Source: Kofleriaceae bacterium (GTDB taxonomy: Bacteria > Myxococcota_A > Polyangia > Haliangiales > Haliangiaceae). Taken from it: 64,000 nucleotides of DNA. A program made the position numbers and the translations under genes. The notes beneath the pieces were generated by a model. The model did not search any database. It was not told the DNA's origin and was given only the letters and a program-made list of their open reading frames with translations. The first letter of the stretch is position 1, and every line of letters starts with the position of its first letter. Positions 37,799-46,312 of this stretch are shown here, piece by piece. The stretch is from positions 182,105-246,104 of the forward strand of contig JACKDR010000001.1 in NCBI GenBank assembly GCA_020633495.1. The letters run 5' to 3'.

Positions 37799-39616
37799 AT
37801 GGGCGCCGACCCGGTCCCGGGGGACGTGACCGCCGCGGTGGCGTCGCCCACCTCGCGCTCGGGCGTCCGCGCGGCCTACCGCCGGGTCGTGCACGGCGTC
37901 ACCCTCGCCGACGACGCCGAGGTGGTCTACGAGCGCGAGCGCATGGCGCTCAACCGCCGCAACATCCGCGTCGTCACGCTCGCGACGCTGGCGCTCCACG
38001 CGATCTCGGTGGTGGTCTACGCGCGGCAGGCGGCCGACTGGACCGACGTGCCGCGCAGCTTCCACGCCACCGTCGCGTGGGTCCACCTGCTCGCGCTGCC
38101 GCTGGTCACGACCCTGGCGGCGCTGGTGTCGTGGGTCGAGCCGCGGCGGTGGCCGCCCGGCTGGCGGGCCTGGGCCACCGACCTGTACGCCTTCGCGTAC
38201 CTGATGATCGGCGCCGCGCTGTCGATCAACGCGCAGCGCCTCAACGGCAACGTCAACGTCTACACGATCGCCTCGCTGGCCGGCGCGATCGCGCTGCGCC
38301 AGCGCACCACCGCGGTCATCCTCGGCCAGGCCGCCGGCGTCACCGCGATGGTGATCGGCGTGCTGCAGGTGCAGCACGCGACCCCGCTGCGCATGGCGGC
38401 GCTGGCGCCGGTGCTGGCGGTCGCGGTGTTGACCATCGTCCTGGCCCGCGCGTCGGTGGCCGCGATGCGCGCCGAGATCGCCGCGCGCCTGACCATCGAG
38501 CGCCAGCGCGCCGAGCTGGCGACCAACCACGACGCGCTCGAGCGCCTCAACGGCGACCTCGAGCGCCGCGTCCAGGCCCAGGTCGCCGAGATCGTCGCCC
38601 GCGCCGGCGAGATCGATCGCCTCAACCACCACCTGCGGACCCAGGTCATCGACCGCTCGCGCCAGCTCGCCCACGCGCTCAAGGCGCTGGGCAAGGGCGA
38701 GGCCCTGCCCCTGGCGCCCGGCGTCACCCTCGACGGCCGCGTCGAGATCCGCGAGCAGATCGGCGTCGGCGCGATGGGCGAGGTCTACCGCGGCGCCGAC
38801 CGCATCCTCGCCCGCGACGTCGCGGTCAAGGTGCTACGCGCGGACAGCGGGGTGTCGACCGATCTGTGGGTGCGGTTCGCCGCCGAGGCCGAGGCCGCCG
38901 CCGCGATCCACCACCCCGCGGTGGTGCCGACGCTGCACGTCGGCATCGCCGACGACGGCCGCCTCTACCAGCTGCAGGAGCTCGCCGATGGCGTGCCCCT
39001 GAGCCGGCTGCTCGAGGACGGCGGACCGTGGGCGCCGGGCGCCGCGGCGCGGGTCGGCGCCGGCCTGGCCGAGGCGCTGGCCGCGGCCCACGCCGCCGGC
39101 ATCGTCCACCGCGACGTCAAGCCCGGCAACGTCATGGTCGGGACCACGGCGCCGGCGGTGCGCCTGCTCGATTTCGGCGTGTCCAAGGTGCTCGGCAGCG
39201 ACGCCGACGCCGGCATCGTCGTCGGCACGCCGGCGTACATGGCGCCGGAGCAGATGACCGCGTCGACCGCGGTCGACGCCGCCGCCGACGTCTACGCCAC
39301 CGGCGTCGTGCTCCACGAGCTGATCGCCGGGACCCGACCGTTCGTCGGCGGCACCGCGACGCTGCTCGATCCCGCCGGCCGCGCCGCGCCGCCGCGGCTG
39401 TCGGCGCAGGAGGCGCCGCCGGCGCTGGCCGCGCTGATCCAGCGCTGCCTGGCGCCGGACCCCGCGCGCGCGGCCGACCGCGGCCGCGCTGGCCGCCGAG
39501 CTGACCGCGATCGCCGACGCCGCCGGCGCGCCGCCGCCCACGCCCTGCCGCGGCCACGATCGGCGACGCGCGACGGCAGCGGCGCCACGGTGCGGCTGCG
39601 CGCGCCCGACGCGTGA
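37799..39616 (+). CDS. Membrane-anchored Ser/Thr protein kinase (N-terminal polytopic domain, coiled coil, C-terminal kinase)
   Basis: The Hanks kinase motifs HRDVKPGN, DFG and GTPAYMAPE are present, with 5-6 predicted TM helices N-terminal. The last ~45 aa are Arg-rich, and an alternative +1 frame reads protein-like, so a C-terminal frameshift is possible. Confidence 0.75.
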   Translation: MGADPVPGDVTAAVASPTSRSGVRAAYRRVVHGVTLADDAEVVYERERMALNRRNIRVVTLATLALHAISVVVYARQAADWTDVPRSFHATVAWVHLLALPLVTTLAALVSWVEPRRWPPGWRAWATDLYAFAYLMIGAALSINAQRLNGNVNVYTIASLAGAIALRQRTTAVILGQAAGVTAMVIGVLQVQHATPLRMAALAPVLAVAVLTIVLARASVAAMRAEIAARLTIERQRAELATNHDALERLNGDLERRVQAQVAEIVARAGEIDRLNHHLRTQVIDRSRQLAHALKALGKGEALPLAPGVTLDGRVEIREQIGVGAMGEVYRGADRILARDVAVKVLRADSGVSTDLWVRFAAEAEAAAAIHHPAVVPTLHVGIADDGRLYQLQELADGVPLSRLLEDGGPWAPGAAARVGAGLAEALAAAHAAGIVHRDVKPGNVMVGTTAPAVRLLDFGVSKVLGSDADAGIVVGTPAYMAPEQMTASTAVDAAADVYATGVVLHELIAGTRPFVGGTATLLDPAGRAAPPRLSAQEAPPALAALIQRCLAPDPARAADRGRAGRRADRDRRRRRRAAAHALPRPRSATRDGSGATVRLRAPDA

Positions 39617-39649
39617 CGCCGGCACGCGCCGGCCCGCCGCGCGGTCACG

Positions 39650-40838
39650 TCACGGCCCGGGCGCGATCGTCACGACGTAGGAGTCGCAGCCGCCGGGCCC
39701 GGTCGGCGGGCCGAGCCGGCGCGTCGCCGGGCACGCGCCGTCGTGCGCGTCGGTGCGCAGCACCGTGGCGCCCACCGCCTCGAGCGCCTCGATCACCTCG
39801 GGATCGGGCAGGCGCTTGCCGGCGTAGGTCCTGGGGCCCGCGCTGACCAGCGCCAGCGACGGGCTGACCGCGTCGAGGAAGGCGCGCCGGCTCGACGTCT
39901 TCGAGCCGTGGTGGCCGACCTGCAGGATGTCGGCGTCGACCTCGTCGGGGAACCGCGCGACGAGGTGGGCCTCGACGTCGCCGAGCGGCGCGTCGGGATC
40001 GGCGCGCTTGCCCGACTCGGCGTCGCCGGTGAGCAGCACCCGGGTCGCGCCCAGCACGACGCTGATCACCACCGAGTTCTGGTTGGGATCGGGGTGGGCC
40101 TTGGCCTCGGCGTGCAACAGCGTGAACCGCGCGTCGGCGCCCAGCGGCACGACGTCGCCCTCGCTGAAGGTCCGCCACGTGACGTCGGCGGGGATCGTGA
40201 TGGCCTCGCCCTTGATCGTGACCGTGCGATCGGCCGGCACCGGCGCGGCGGTGTGGTAGGTGGCGCCGGCCTCGCGGGCGACCGCGCGCACGAACTCGCG
40301 GTAGAAGACCCGGTCGTAGGGCCGCCCGGCGTCCCAGACGTCGTGGACGTCGAAGCAGTGCAGCACCAGATCGAGCGCCGAGGCGTGATCCTGGTGCGGG
40401 TGGCTGAGCACGACGTGATCGATCGTGCGGCGCCCGGTCGGCGCCGGCTCGCCCTTGGCGACGCACAGCCCGTCGCCCGACGGCCCCAGCTCGGCCTCGA
40501 GGTAGGCGACGACCCGCAGCGGTCGCTCGTCGGGATCGTTGGTCCCGGCGTCGTACAGCAGCGTGAAATCGGGTCCCTCGATCAGGATCGACAGGCCGGT
40601 CCCGACGTCGATCAGGTGGACGCGCCAGGACCCGGCCGGCGGCGGCGCGCCCGGCAGGTCGTCGGGCTCGGCGACGCGGGCCCAGGTGACGCGCGGCGCC
40701 GCGGCCAGGGCCGCCCCAGGCCGCCGCCGGAGCCGCCGCCGGAGGTCGCGGTGGCACCGGCCGCGGGCGGGCCGGCGCCGGGCAGCCGGCCAGGCCGATC
40801 GCGAGCCACGACACGACCAGGGCGGCGAGGCGTCGCAC
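39650..40838 (-). pseudogene. ComEC/Rec2-related MBL-fold metallo-hydrolase lipoprotein; the signal peptide and catalytic domain are in different frames
   Basis: The catalytic frame has HPHQDHASAL and LQVGHHGSKTS (ComEC C-terminal-domain-like). A textbook lipoprotein signal (GTG-RRLAALVVSWLAIGLAGC) plus a Pro/Ala linker lies in the +1 frame upstream, and both frames are open across the junction near 40650-40700. Confidence 0.5.
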
Positions 40839-40931
40839 GGGTCGATGGTGCCACGGCGGCGGCCGCCGCGGCGCGTCGCAGTCGGTCCTCGGCGATGGAC
40901 ACTCCGCCGCGAATTTGCGAACAATCGGGCC

Positions 40932-41255
40932 ATGGAGAACACGGTCTCGCTCATGGCCAAGATCCTCGGCGCCCACAACGTCGAGGCTGCCGGTGCCGAC
41001 GCGCGCTTCGCGGTCGAGGGCGCGGGCGGCGCAATGCTCAAGGTGTCGCTGGAGGGGCGGCAGCAGCGGTTCATGGCCGTGCTGCTGGATCCCACCGGCG
41101 TCGCCCGCTGCACCGTCGACCTCGCGCCCGTCGCCCACGTCAAGGACGACCCCAACTTCCCCGGTCGGGTCACGCTGCACATCGGCAAGCAGCTGGTCCA
41201 CATCGACAGCCGCCCGACCCTGGCGATCGAGATCGTCAGCGTCCTCGACGACTGA
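40932..41255 (+). CDS. Small hypothetical protein (107 aa)
   Basis: The tail of the 238-aa track ORF from MENTVSLMAKILG onward is protein-like. No homology is recognised. Confidence 0.4.
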   Translation: MENTVSLMAKILGAHNVEAAGADARFAVEGAGGAMLKVSLEGRQQRFMAVLLDPTGVARCTVDLAPVAHVKDDPNFPGRVTLHIGKQLVHIDSRPTLAIEIVSVLDD

Positions 41256-41271
41256 GCCGCCCGCGGCGCCG

Positions 41272-41769
41272 CTACCGGTAGTCGACCTTGGCGCGCTGCC
41301 AGGCGGCGAGCCGATCGCCGGCCCGCTCGCGCGCCCGTGCGATCTGGTCGTCGTGGTCGGGCCGCTTCGCAGTCAATTCGACCACGTAGCCGTTGGGATC
41401 CCGGAAGTAGATCGAGTCGATGAAGCCGTGGTCCGCCGGCCCCCGGGTCTCGATCCCCGCGGCCAGTCCGCGGGCCCGCATCGGCTCGAGGTCGGCGTGG
41501 GCGACCTCCACCGCGATGTGGAGGTCGTAGTCGTGCTGGGGCTTGAACTCGAACGGGCCCGGGTCGTCGCCGCAGACCTCGAAGAACGCCAGGCACGAGC
41601 CGTCGTCCATGGCGTAGAACGAGTGCAGCACGTGGGTCGCGCGCCCGGTCTTGGTCTCGGTGATCTCGAAGGCGTTGATCAGCGGCAGCCCCAGGAAGTC
41701 CTCGTAGAACTTCCGGGTCTCCTCGGAGTCCCGACAGCGATAGGCGGCGTGATGCAGACCCTTGATCAT
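41272..41769 (-). CDS. VOC-family (glyoxalase/bleomycin-resistance/dioxygenase fold) protein
   Basis: Paired beta-alpha-beta-beta-beta modules carry the conserved His/Glu metal ligands (HHAAY...HIAVEV...VVELT). Confidence 0.8.
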   Translation of the reverse strand: MIKGLHHAAYRCRDSEETRKFYEDFLGLPLINAFEITETKTGRATHVLHSFYAMDDGSCLAFFEVCGDDPGPFEFKPQHDYDLHIAVEVAHADLEPMRARGLAAGIETRGPADHGFIDSIYFRDPNGYVVELTAKRPDHDDQIARARERAGDRLAAWQRAKVDYR

Positions 41770-41809
41770 GGCGCGCTGACCTCCCAGGCCTCACCCTAGC
41801 ACGCTCCCG

Positions 41810-43639
41810 ATGACCGCCATCCTCACCGCCCAGGACCTCGAGAAGAGCTACGGCCCGCGCCGCGTGCTCGACGGGGTCTCGTTCACGGTCCACGACGGCG
41901 ACCGCATCGGCCTGATCGGCCGCAACGGCTCCGGCAAGTCGACCCTGATGAAGCTGATCACCGGCGAGGCCGAGGCCGACGGCGGCCAGCTCGCGATGCG
42001 CCGCGCCCTCGGCCTCGAGTACGTGCCCCAGGAGCCGCGCCTCGATCCCGAGCGCACGGTGGCGGCCACGCTCGAGCGCGACGGCGTCGCCCTGCACGAG
42101 GCCCAGACCCTGGCCGCGGCGCTGCGCCTGCCGCCGATGGAGGCGCACATCCGCGTCCTGTCGATCGGCGAGCGCCGGCGCGTCGCGCTGTGCCGGGCGC
42201 TGCTCGGCAACGCCGAGCTGCTCGCGCTCGACGAGCCGACCAACCACCTCGACGCCCGCACCGTCGAGTGGCTCGAGGACCGGCTGGCCAGCCGCGCCGG
42301 CGCGCTGCTGCTGGTCACCCACGATCGCTACTTCCTCGACCGGGTCGCGACCCGCATCCTCGAGCTCGACCGCGGCAAGCTCTACGCCCACGACGGCGAC
42401 TACACCGCCTTCCTCGAGCGCCAGGCCGAGCGCCTGTCGGCGGAGGCCAGCCACGAGCGGGCGCGGGCGTCGTTCGTCCGCCGCGAGCTCGACTGGATCC
42501 GGCGCGGCCCCAAGGCCCGCACCACCAAGGCCAAGGCCCGGATCGATCGCTTCGACAACGCCGTCGCGGCGGCGCCGACCGCGGCCGACAAGGTCGTGGG
42601 CGCGATCTCGCTGCGGCTCCCCGAGGGCGGCCGGCTCGGCAAGACGATCCTCGAGCTCAAGGGCCTGACCCGGCGCATCGGCGACCGCACGCTGTTCCAG
42701 GACCTGACGCTGACGATGAAGCCGGGCGACCGGATCGGCATCGTCGGGCCCAACGGCGCCGGCAAGACCACGCTGATCCGGACGATCCTCGGCGAGGTGC
42801 CGCCCGACCGCGGCGAGGTCGTCCTCGGGATCAACACCCGGCCCGCGTACCTCGAGCAGGGCCGCACCGAGCTCGACGACGACCGCACGGTCCTCGAGGA
42901 GGTCGCGGGCGACAGCGACCACGTCCAGCTCGAGGACGGGCCGGTCCACGTGCGCACGTTCCTGCGCGCGCTGCAGTTCGACGACGCCACCGCGTCGACC
43001 CGGATCGCCGACCTGTCGGGCGGCGAGCGCAACCGGGTCCAGCTGGCCCGGCTGTTGCGCCGCGGCGGCAACCTGCTGGTGCTCGACGAGCCGACCAACG
43101 ATCTCGATCTGCTGACCCTAGGCGCGCTCGAGGAGGGCCTGACCGAGTTCGGCGGCTGCGCGCTGATCGTGTCGCACGATCGCTGGTTCCTCGACCGGGT
43201 GGCGACCGGGATCCTGGCGTTCGATCCCGACGTCCGCGGCGGCGAGGTCGTGTTCTACGAGGGCGACTACAGCTCGTACGTGGCCAAGCGCAAGCAGCTG
43301 CGCGCCGAGGCCGCGCGCGCCGAGGCCGACGCCCGCGGCGACGACGGCAAGCCCGACGGCGGCCGCGCCGCGGCGCCGCGCAAGGCCGCGGCCGACCGGC
43401 CCCGCAAGCTGTCGTTCAAGGAGCGCCAGGAGCTCGACGCGATCGAGGGCGTCATCGCGGCCGCCGAGGCCCGCGTCGCCGAGCTCGAGACGACGCTGTC
43501 AGATCCGGCGGTCTTCAAGGACCGCGCCGCCGAGGTCCCGGCGCTGGTCGCCGAGCTCGACGCCGCGCGCGCCGAGGTCGAGCGCCTGTTCGCGCGCTGG
43601 CAGGAGCTCGACCTGATCGCGCAGGCGTCGCCGGGCTGA
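41810..43639 (+). CDS. ABC-F family ATPase with tandem ABC domains and no TMD (Uup/YheS/EttA-like)
   Basis: Two Walker A sites (GRNGSGKST, GPNGAGKTT), two ABC signatures (LSIGERRRVA, LSGGERNRVQ) and a linker are present. Confidence 0.9.
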   Translation: MTAILTAQDLEKSYGPRRVLDGVSFTVHDGDRIGLIGRNGSGKSTLMKLITGEAEADGGQLAMRRALGLEYVPQEPRLDPERTVAATLERDGVALHEAQTLAAALRLPPMEAHIRVLSIGERRRVALCRALLGNAELLALDEPTNHLDARTVEWLEDRLASRAGALLLVTHDRYFLDRVATRILELDRGKLYAHDGDYTAFLERQAERLSAEASHERARASFVRRELDWIRRGPKARTTKAKARIDRFDNAVAAAPTAADKVVGAISLRLPEGGRLGKTILELKGLTRRIGDRTLFQDLTLTMKPGDRIGIVGPNGAGKTTLIRTILGEVPPDRGEVVLGINTRPAYLEQGRTELDDDRTVLEEVAGDSDHVQLEDGPVHVRTFLRALQFDDATASTRIADLSGGERNRVQLARLLRRGGNLLVLDEPTNDLDLLTLGALEEGLTEFGGCALIVSHDRWFLDRVATGILAFDPDVRGGEVVFYEGDYSSYVAKRKQLRAEAARAEADARGDDGKPDGGRAAAPRKAAADRPRKLSFKERQELDAIEGVIAAAEARVAELETTLSDPAVFKDRAAEVPALVAELDAARAEVERLFARWQELDLIAQASPG

Positions 43640-43738
43640 GCGCAGCGGCCGATCGCGGACCGATCCACGCCCGGGCGTGGGGCGGGCGCCGTCGCGCGCT
43701 CCCTTCGGGCATCCGGCCGGCGCCGCGCCGTGCGCGGA

Positions 43739-44593
43739 TCAGAACGCACAGTAGTACAGGCCGACGCCCAGCGACGGCAGCGGCGCCAGCCCGTCGCCGA
43801 CCAGGTAGGCGTCGGCGCCCCAGCCTTCGTAGCCGGTGGTCAGCATGATCAGGACGATCGGGCCGTCGGGCGCCACCTGGTAGGCGGCGACCGGCTGCGG
43901 CACGCCGGGGTCGACCCCGGTGAGATCGATCGCGGCCTCGTCGGCGCCCTCCATCTCGTAGGTCTCGCCGGGGATGCTGCCGATCCGCCGGTCGCCGCCG
44001 CGGATCTCGAAGGTGGCGTGGGTGGCGTCGGCGCGCGTCGCCTCCACGACCAGCGGCCCGATCGTCCACGCCCGTCGCGCCGCGGTCGCGCCGGGCTCGT
44101 CGGCGATCGCCAGCGCGGTCGGCTGCCAGCCGGCCGGCAGCTCCGCCGGGACGACCCACGCCGCGCCCGGCGCCACCCGGGCGACGCCCTCGACCGGCAC
44201 GACGTCGACCGGGAAGCCACCGTCGCAGCCGTACCGGATCGACGTCGCGTCGCCGACCCGTCCGGTGACGGCATCGCCGCGGGCGGGCAGCACCCGCACC
44301 GCGGCGCCCGGCGTCGGCGCCGGCGTCGGCGACGCGCCCGACGGGATCACCACCGGATGGGCGTCGACCGGCACCCACCACGGCAGGCCGTCGGCACGCG
44401 TCTCGGCGGTGGCCAGGCCCAGCCAGCCGACCACCTGGTCCGGCGTCACCGCCATCGCCGGGGTCCAGGCGTGGCCCGGCACCTGGTTGCGCAGCGGCGC
44501 CGGTCCCGCCGACGAAGACGAAGACGACGGCGGCGCCGCGCCGCCGCACCCGGCCGCCAGCACCACCACGAGGAGCCCGATCGATCGCCGCAT
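43739..44593 (-). CDS. Lipoprotein, hypothetical
   Basis: It has a lipoprotein signal (LLVVVLAAGC) followed by a Ser-rich linker. Confidence 0.65.
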   Translation of the reverse strand: MRRSIGLLVVVLAAGCGGAAPPSSSSSSAGPAPLRNQVPGHAWTPAMAVTPDQVVGWLGLATAETRADGLPWWVPVDAHPVVIPSGASPTPAPTPGAAVRVLPARGDAVTGRVGDATSIRYGCDGGFPVDVVPVEGVARVAPGAAWVVPAELPAGWQPTALAIADEPGATAARRAWTIGPLVVEATRADATHATFEIRGGDRRIGSIPGETYEMEGADEAAIDLTGVDPGVPQPVAAYQVAPDGPIVLIMLTTGYEGWGADAYLVGDGLAPLPSLGVGLYYCAF

Positions 44594-44618
44594 CCGCCGA
44601 CGGTACCGCGGACGCCGC

Positions 44619-46310
44619 CTACGGCGCCGGCGTCCAGTACTCGATCTCGTCGAGGAACATCCGGCCCAGGCCGCCGCGGCTGGTCTGCCACGAGTAGTCG
44701 GCCGGGAAGTTGTTGCGGACCTGGAGCCGGCCGTTGCCGGGGTAGGTCGCCTCGTCGGTGAGGATGTCCTCGTTGGCGATCGTCGTGCCGCCGTGCTGGT
44801 GACAGCCGACGCAGTTGGTCCGCGCGTTGCCGGCGCCCTGCTCGAGGTACGGGTTGGAGCAGAAGCTCGGCCCGGCGCGCTCGTGCACCGCCGCCAGCGC
44901 CTCCGCCAGCGTCGGATCGGCGGCGCCGCCGCCGGGATCGTCGTCGCCCTCGGTGAACCAGGTCACCGCGCACATCTTGTAGTGCGCCCACGGCCCCGGC
45001 AGCGCCGCGATCGCCGCCGGGCGATCGGCGCCGAAGTCGGTGTCGGGCTCCGGCGACCACCACAGCGTGATCCACAGCCAGTGGTCGAGCTCCTTGGTCA
45101 TCAGGTGCAGGCCGGTCAGCCGGTAGCGCGCGCCGCCCTCGGGCAGCTGCACGGTGTAGATGTCGTCGGGGCCCGGGTCGAGCTCGCCCTGGCCGTCGCC
45201 CCAGGTGTCGTCGACCAGCGCGGTCAGGCCGTCGGCGCTGGTGTCGTGGACCGCGACCTGGAGGTCGAGCTCGGCGCGCCGCCACTCGGCCTTGGCGATC
45301 GCGGCGTCGAGCGGGAACGGCTGGCCCAGGCACGGCGCCCACGTCGGGTCGGCCTCCTGGTAGCTGACGTCGAGCGTGAACGTGCCGGCGTCCTCGGCCG
45401 CGACCTCGACGTAGATCGCGCCCGGGCCGGCGGCGTCGCAGGTCGCGCCCTCGCAGTCGACGACGTCACCGGCCGGCGGCGCGCCGACCCGCACCCGCAC
45501 CGCCGCGGCGCCCGCGCCGGCGACCGCCGCGGTCAGGCGCTCGCCGTCGCCGACGTAGTACGGCCCGAAGCCGCGCCGCTCGCACGCGGCGAGGTCGACG
45601 ACCTCGTGGGCCATGCGCTGCGGCCCGGCGGTGGGCGCGTCGGCGAACGCCGGCGGCGCCGGCTGGCCCTCGCACGCGACGATCGGCGCGTAGCTGGCCA
45701 GCAGGTGGCGCGCGGCGCCCGGGCTGAACGTGACCCGCGGGATGCCGCCGATGCCGTGGACCTCGGCGGCGTCGTCGATGGCGTCGAGGTAGGCCTGCCA
45801 GCGATCCGCCGGCCAGCTGGCCAGCTCGTCGACCGCGGTCGGGTTCCACGCGAACGCCGCGTCGAGCGCGGCGTCGCCGAACGGCGCCCGCGCCCGCTGG
45901 GCGTCGGGATCGAGGCCGCGGAACAGGCGATCGAAGAGCCGGCGCAGATCGTCGGCGCCGTACCAGGTCGCCCACCGCGGCAGCTCGGCGGGCACGCCGC
46001 TGGGCGGATCGATCGCGAACGGCACCGCGGTCAGCGCCCGCGCCACCGCCGCCCACGCCACCTCGCGGCGCGCCGCCACCGAGCGGCGCAGCTCGTCGTC
46101 GCGGCCGCGCAGCGCGCCGTCGGCCGGGTACGGCGACGCCGCGCCGACCAGCTTGCGGTCGGCGGCGCTCAGCGCCGCGGGCCGGGCCGCGACGTCGTCA
46201 CAGGCGCCGCCGGGCGGCGTCGGATCGGCGCAGGCGGTGGCGAGCGCGCCGACCACGGCCAGCGCGGCGAGCGCGGCCGTGGTGCCAGGTGCGCGCGCCG
46301 CCGCGGCCAC
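44619..46310 (-). CDS. Lipoprotein with a single C-terminal CxxCH motif (putative heme c site)
   Basis: It has a lipoprotein signal (AVVGALATAC) and NCVGCHQHGG near the C-terminus. Confidence 0.65.
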   Translation of the reverse strand: MAAAARAPGTTAALAALAVVGALATACADPTPPGGACDDVAARPAALSAADRKLVGAASPYPADGALRGRDDELRRSVAARREVAWAAVARALTAVPFAIDPPSGVPAELPRWATWYGADDLRRLFDRLFRGLDPDAQRARAPFGDAALDAAFAWNPTAVDELASWPADRWQAYLDAIDDAAEVHGIGGIPRVTFSPGAARHLLASYAPIVACEGQPAPPAFADAPTAGPQRMAHEVVDLAACERRGFGPYYVGDGERLTAAVAGAGAAAVRVRVGAPPAGDVVDCEGATCDAAGPGAIYVEVAAEDAGTFTLDVSYQEADPTWAPCLGQPFPLDAAIAKAEWRRAELDLQVAVHDTSADGLTALVDDTWGDGQGELDPGPDDIYTVQLPEGGARYRLTGLHLMTKELDHWLWITLWWSPEPDTDFGADRPAAIAALPGPWAHYKMCAVTWFTEGDDDPGGGAADPTLAEALAAVHERAGPSFCSNPYLEQGAGNARTNCVGCHQHGGTTIANEDILTDEATYPGNGRLQVRNNFPADYSWQTSRGGLGRMFLDEIEYWTPAP

Positions 46311-46312
46311 CG

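Noticed and set aside
36128-39504. 848-aa ORF 36128..38674 (-) and 708-aa ORF 37378..39504 (+), containing CPCPCP and GTGTGT repeats
   Set aside because: They are shadow frames spanning the lipoprotein, the array and the kinase gene. The kinase frame has full Hanks motifs.
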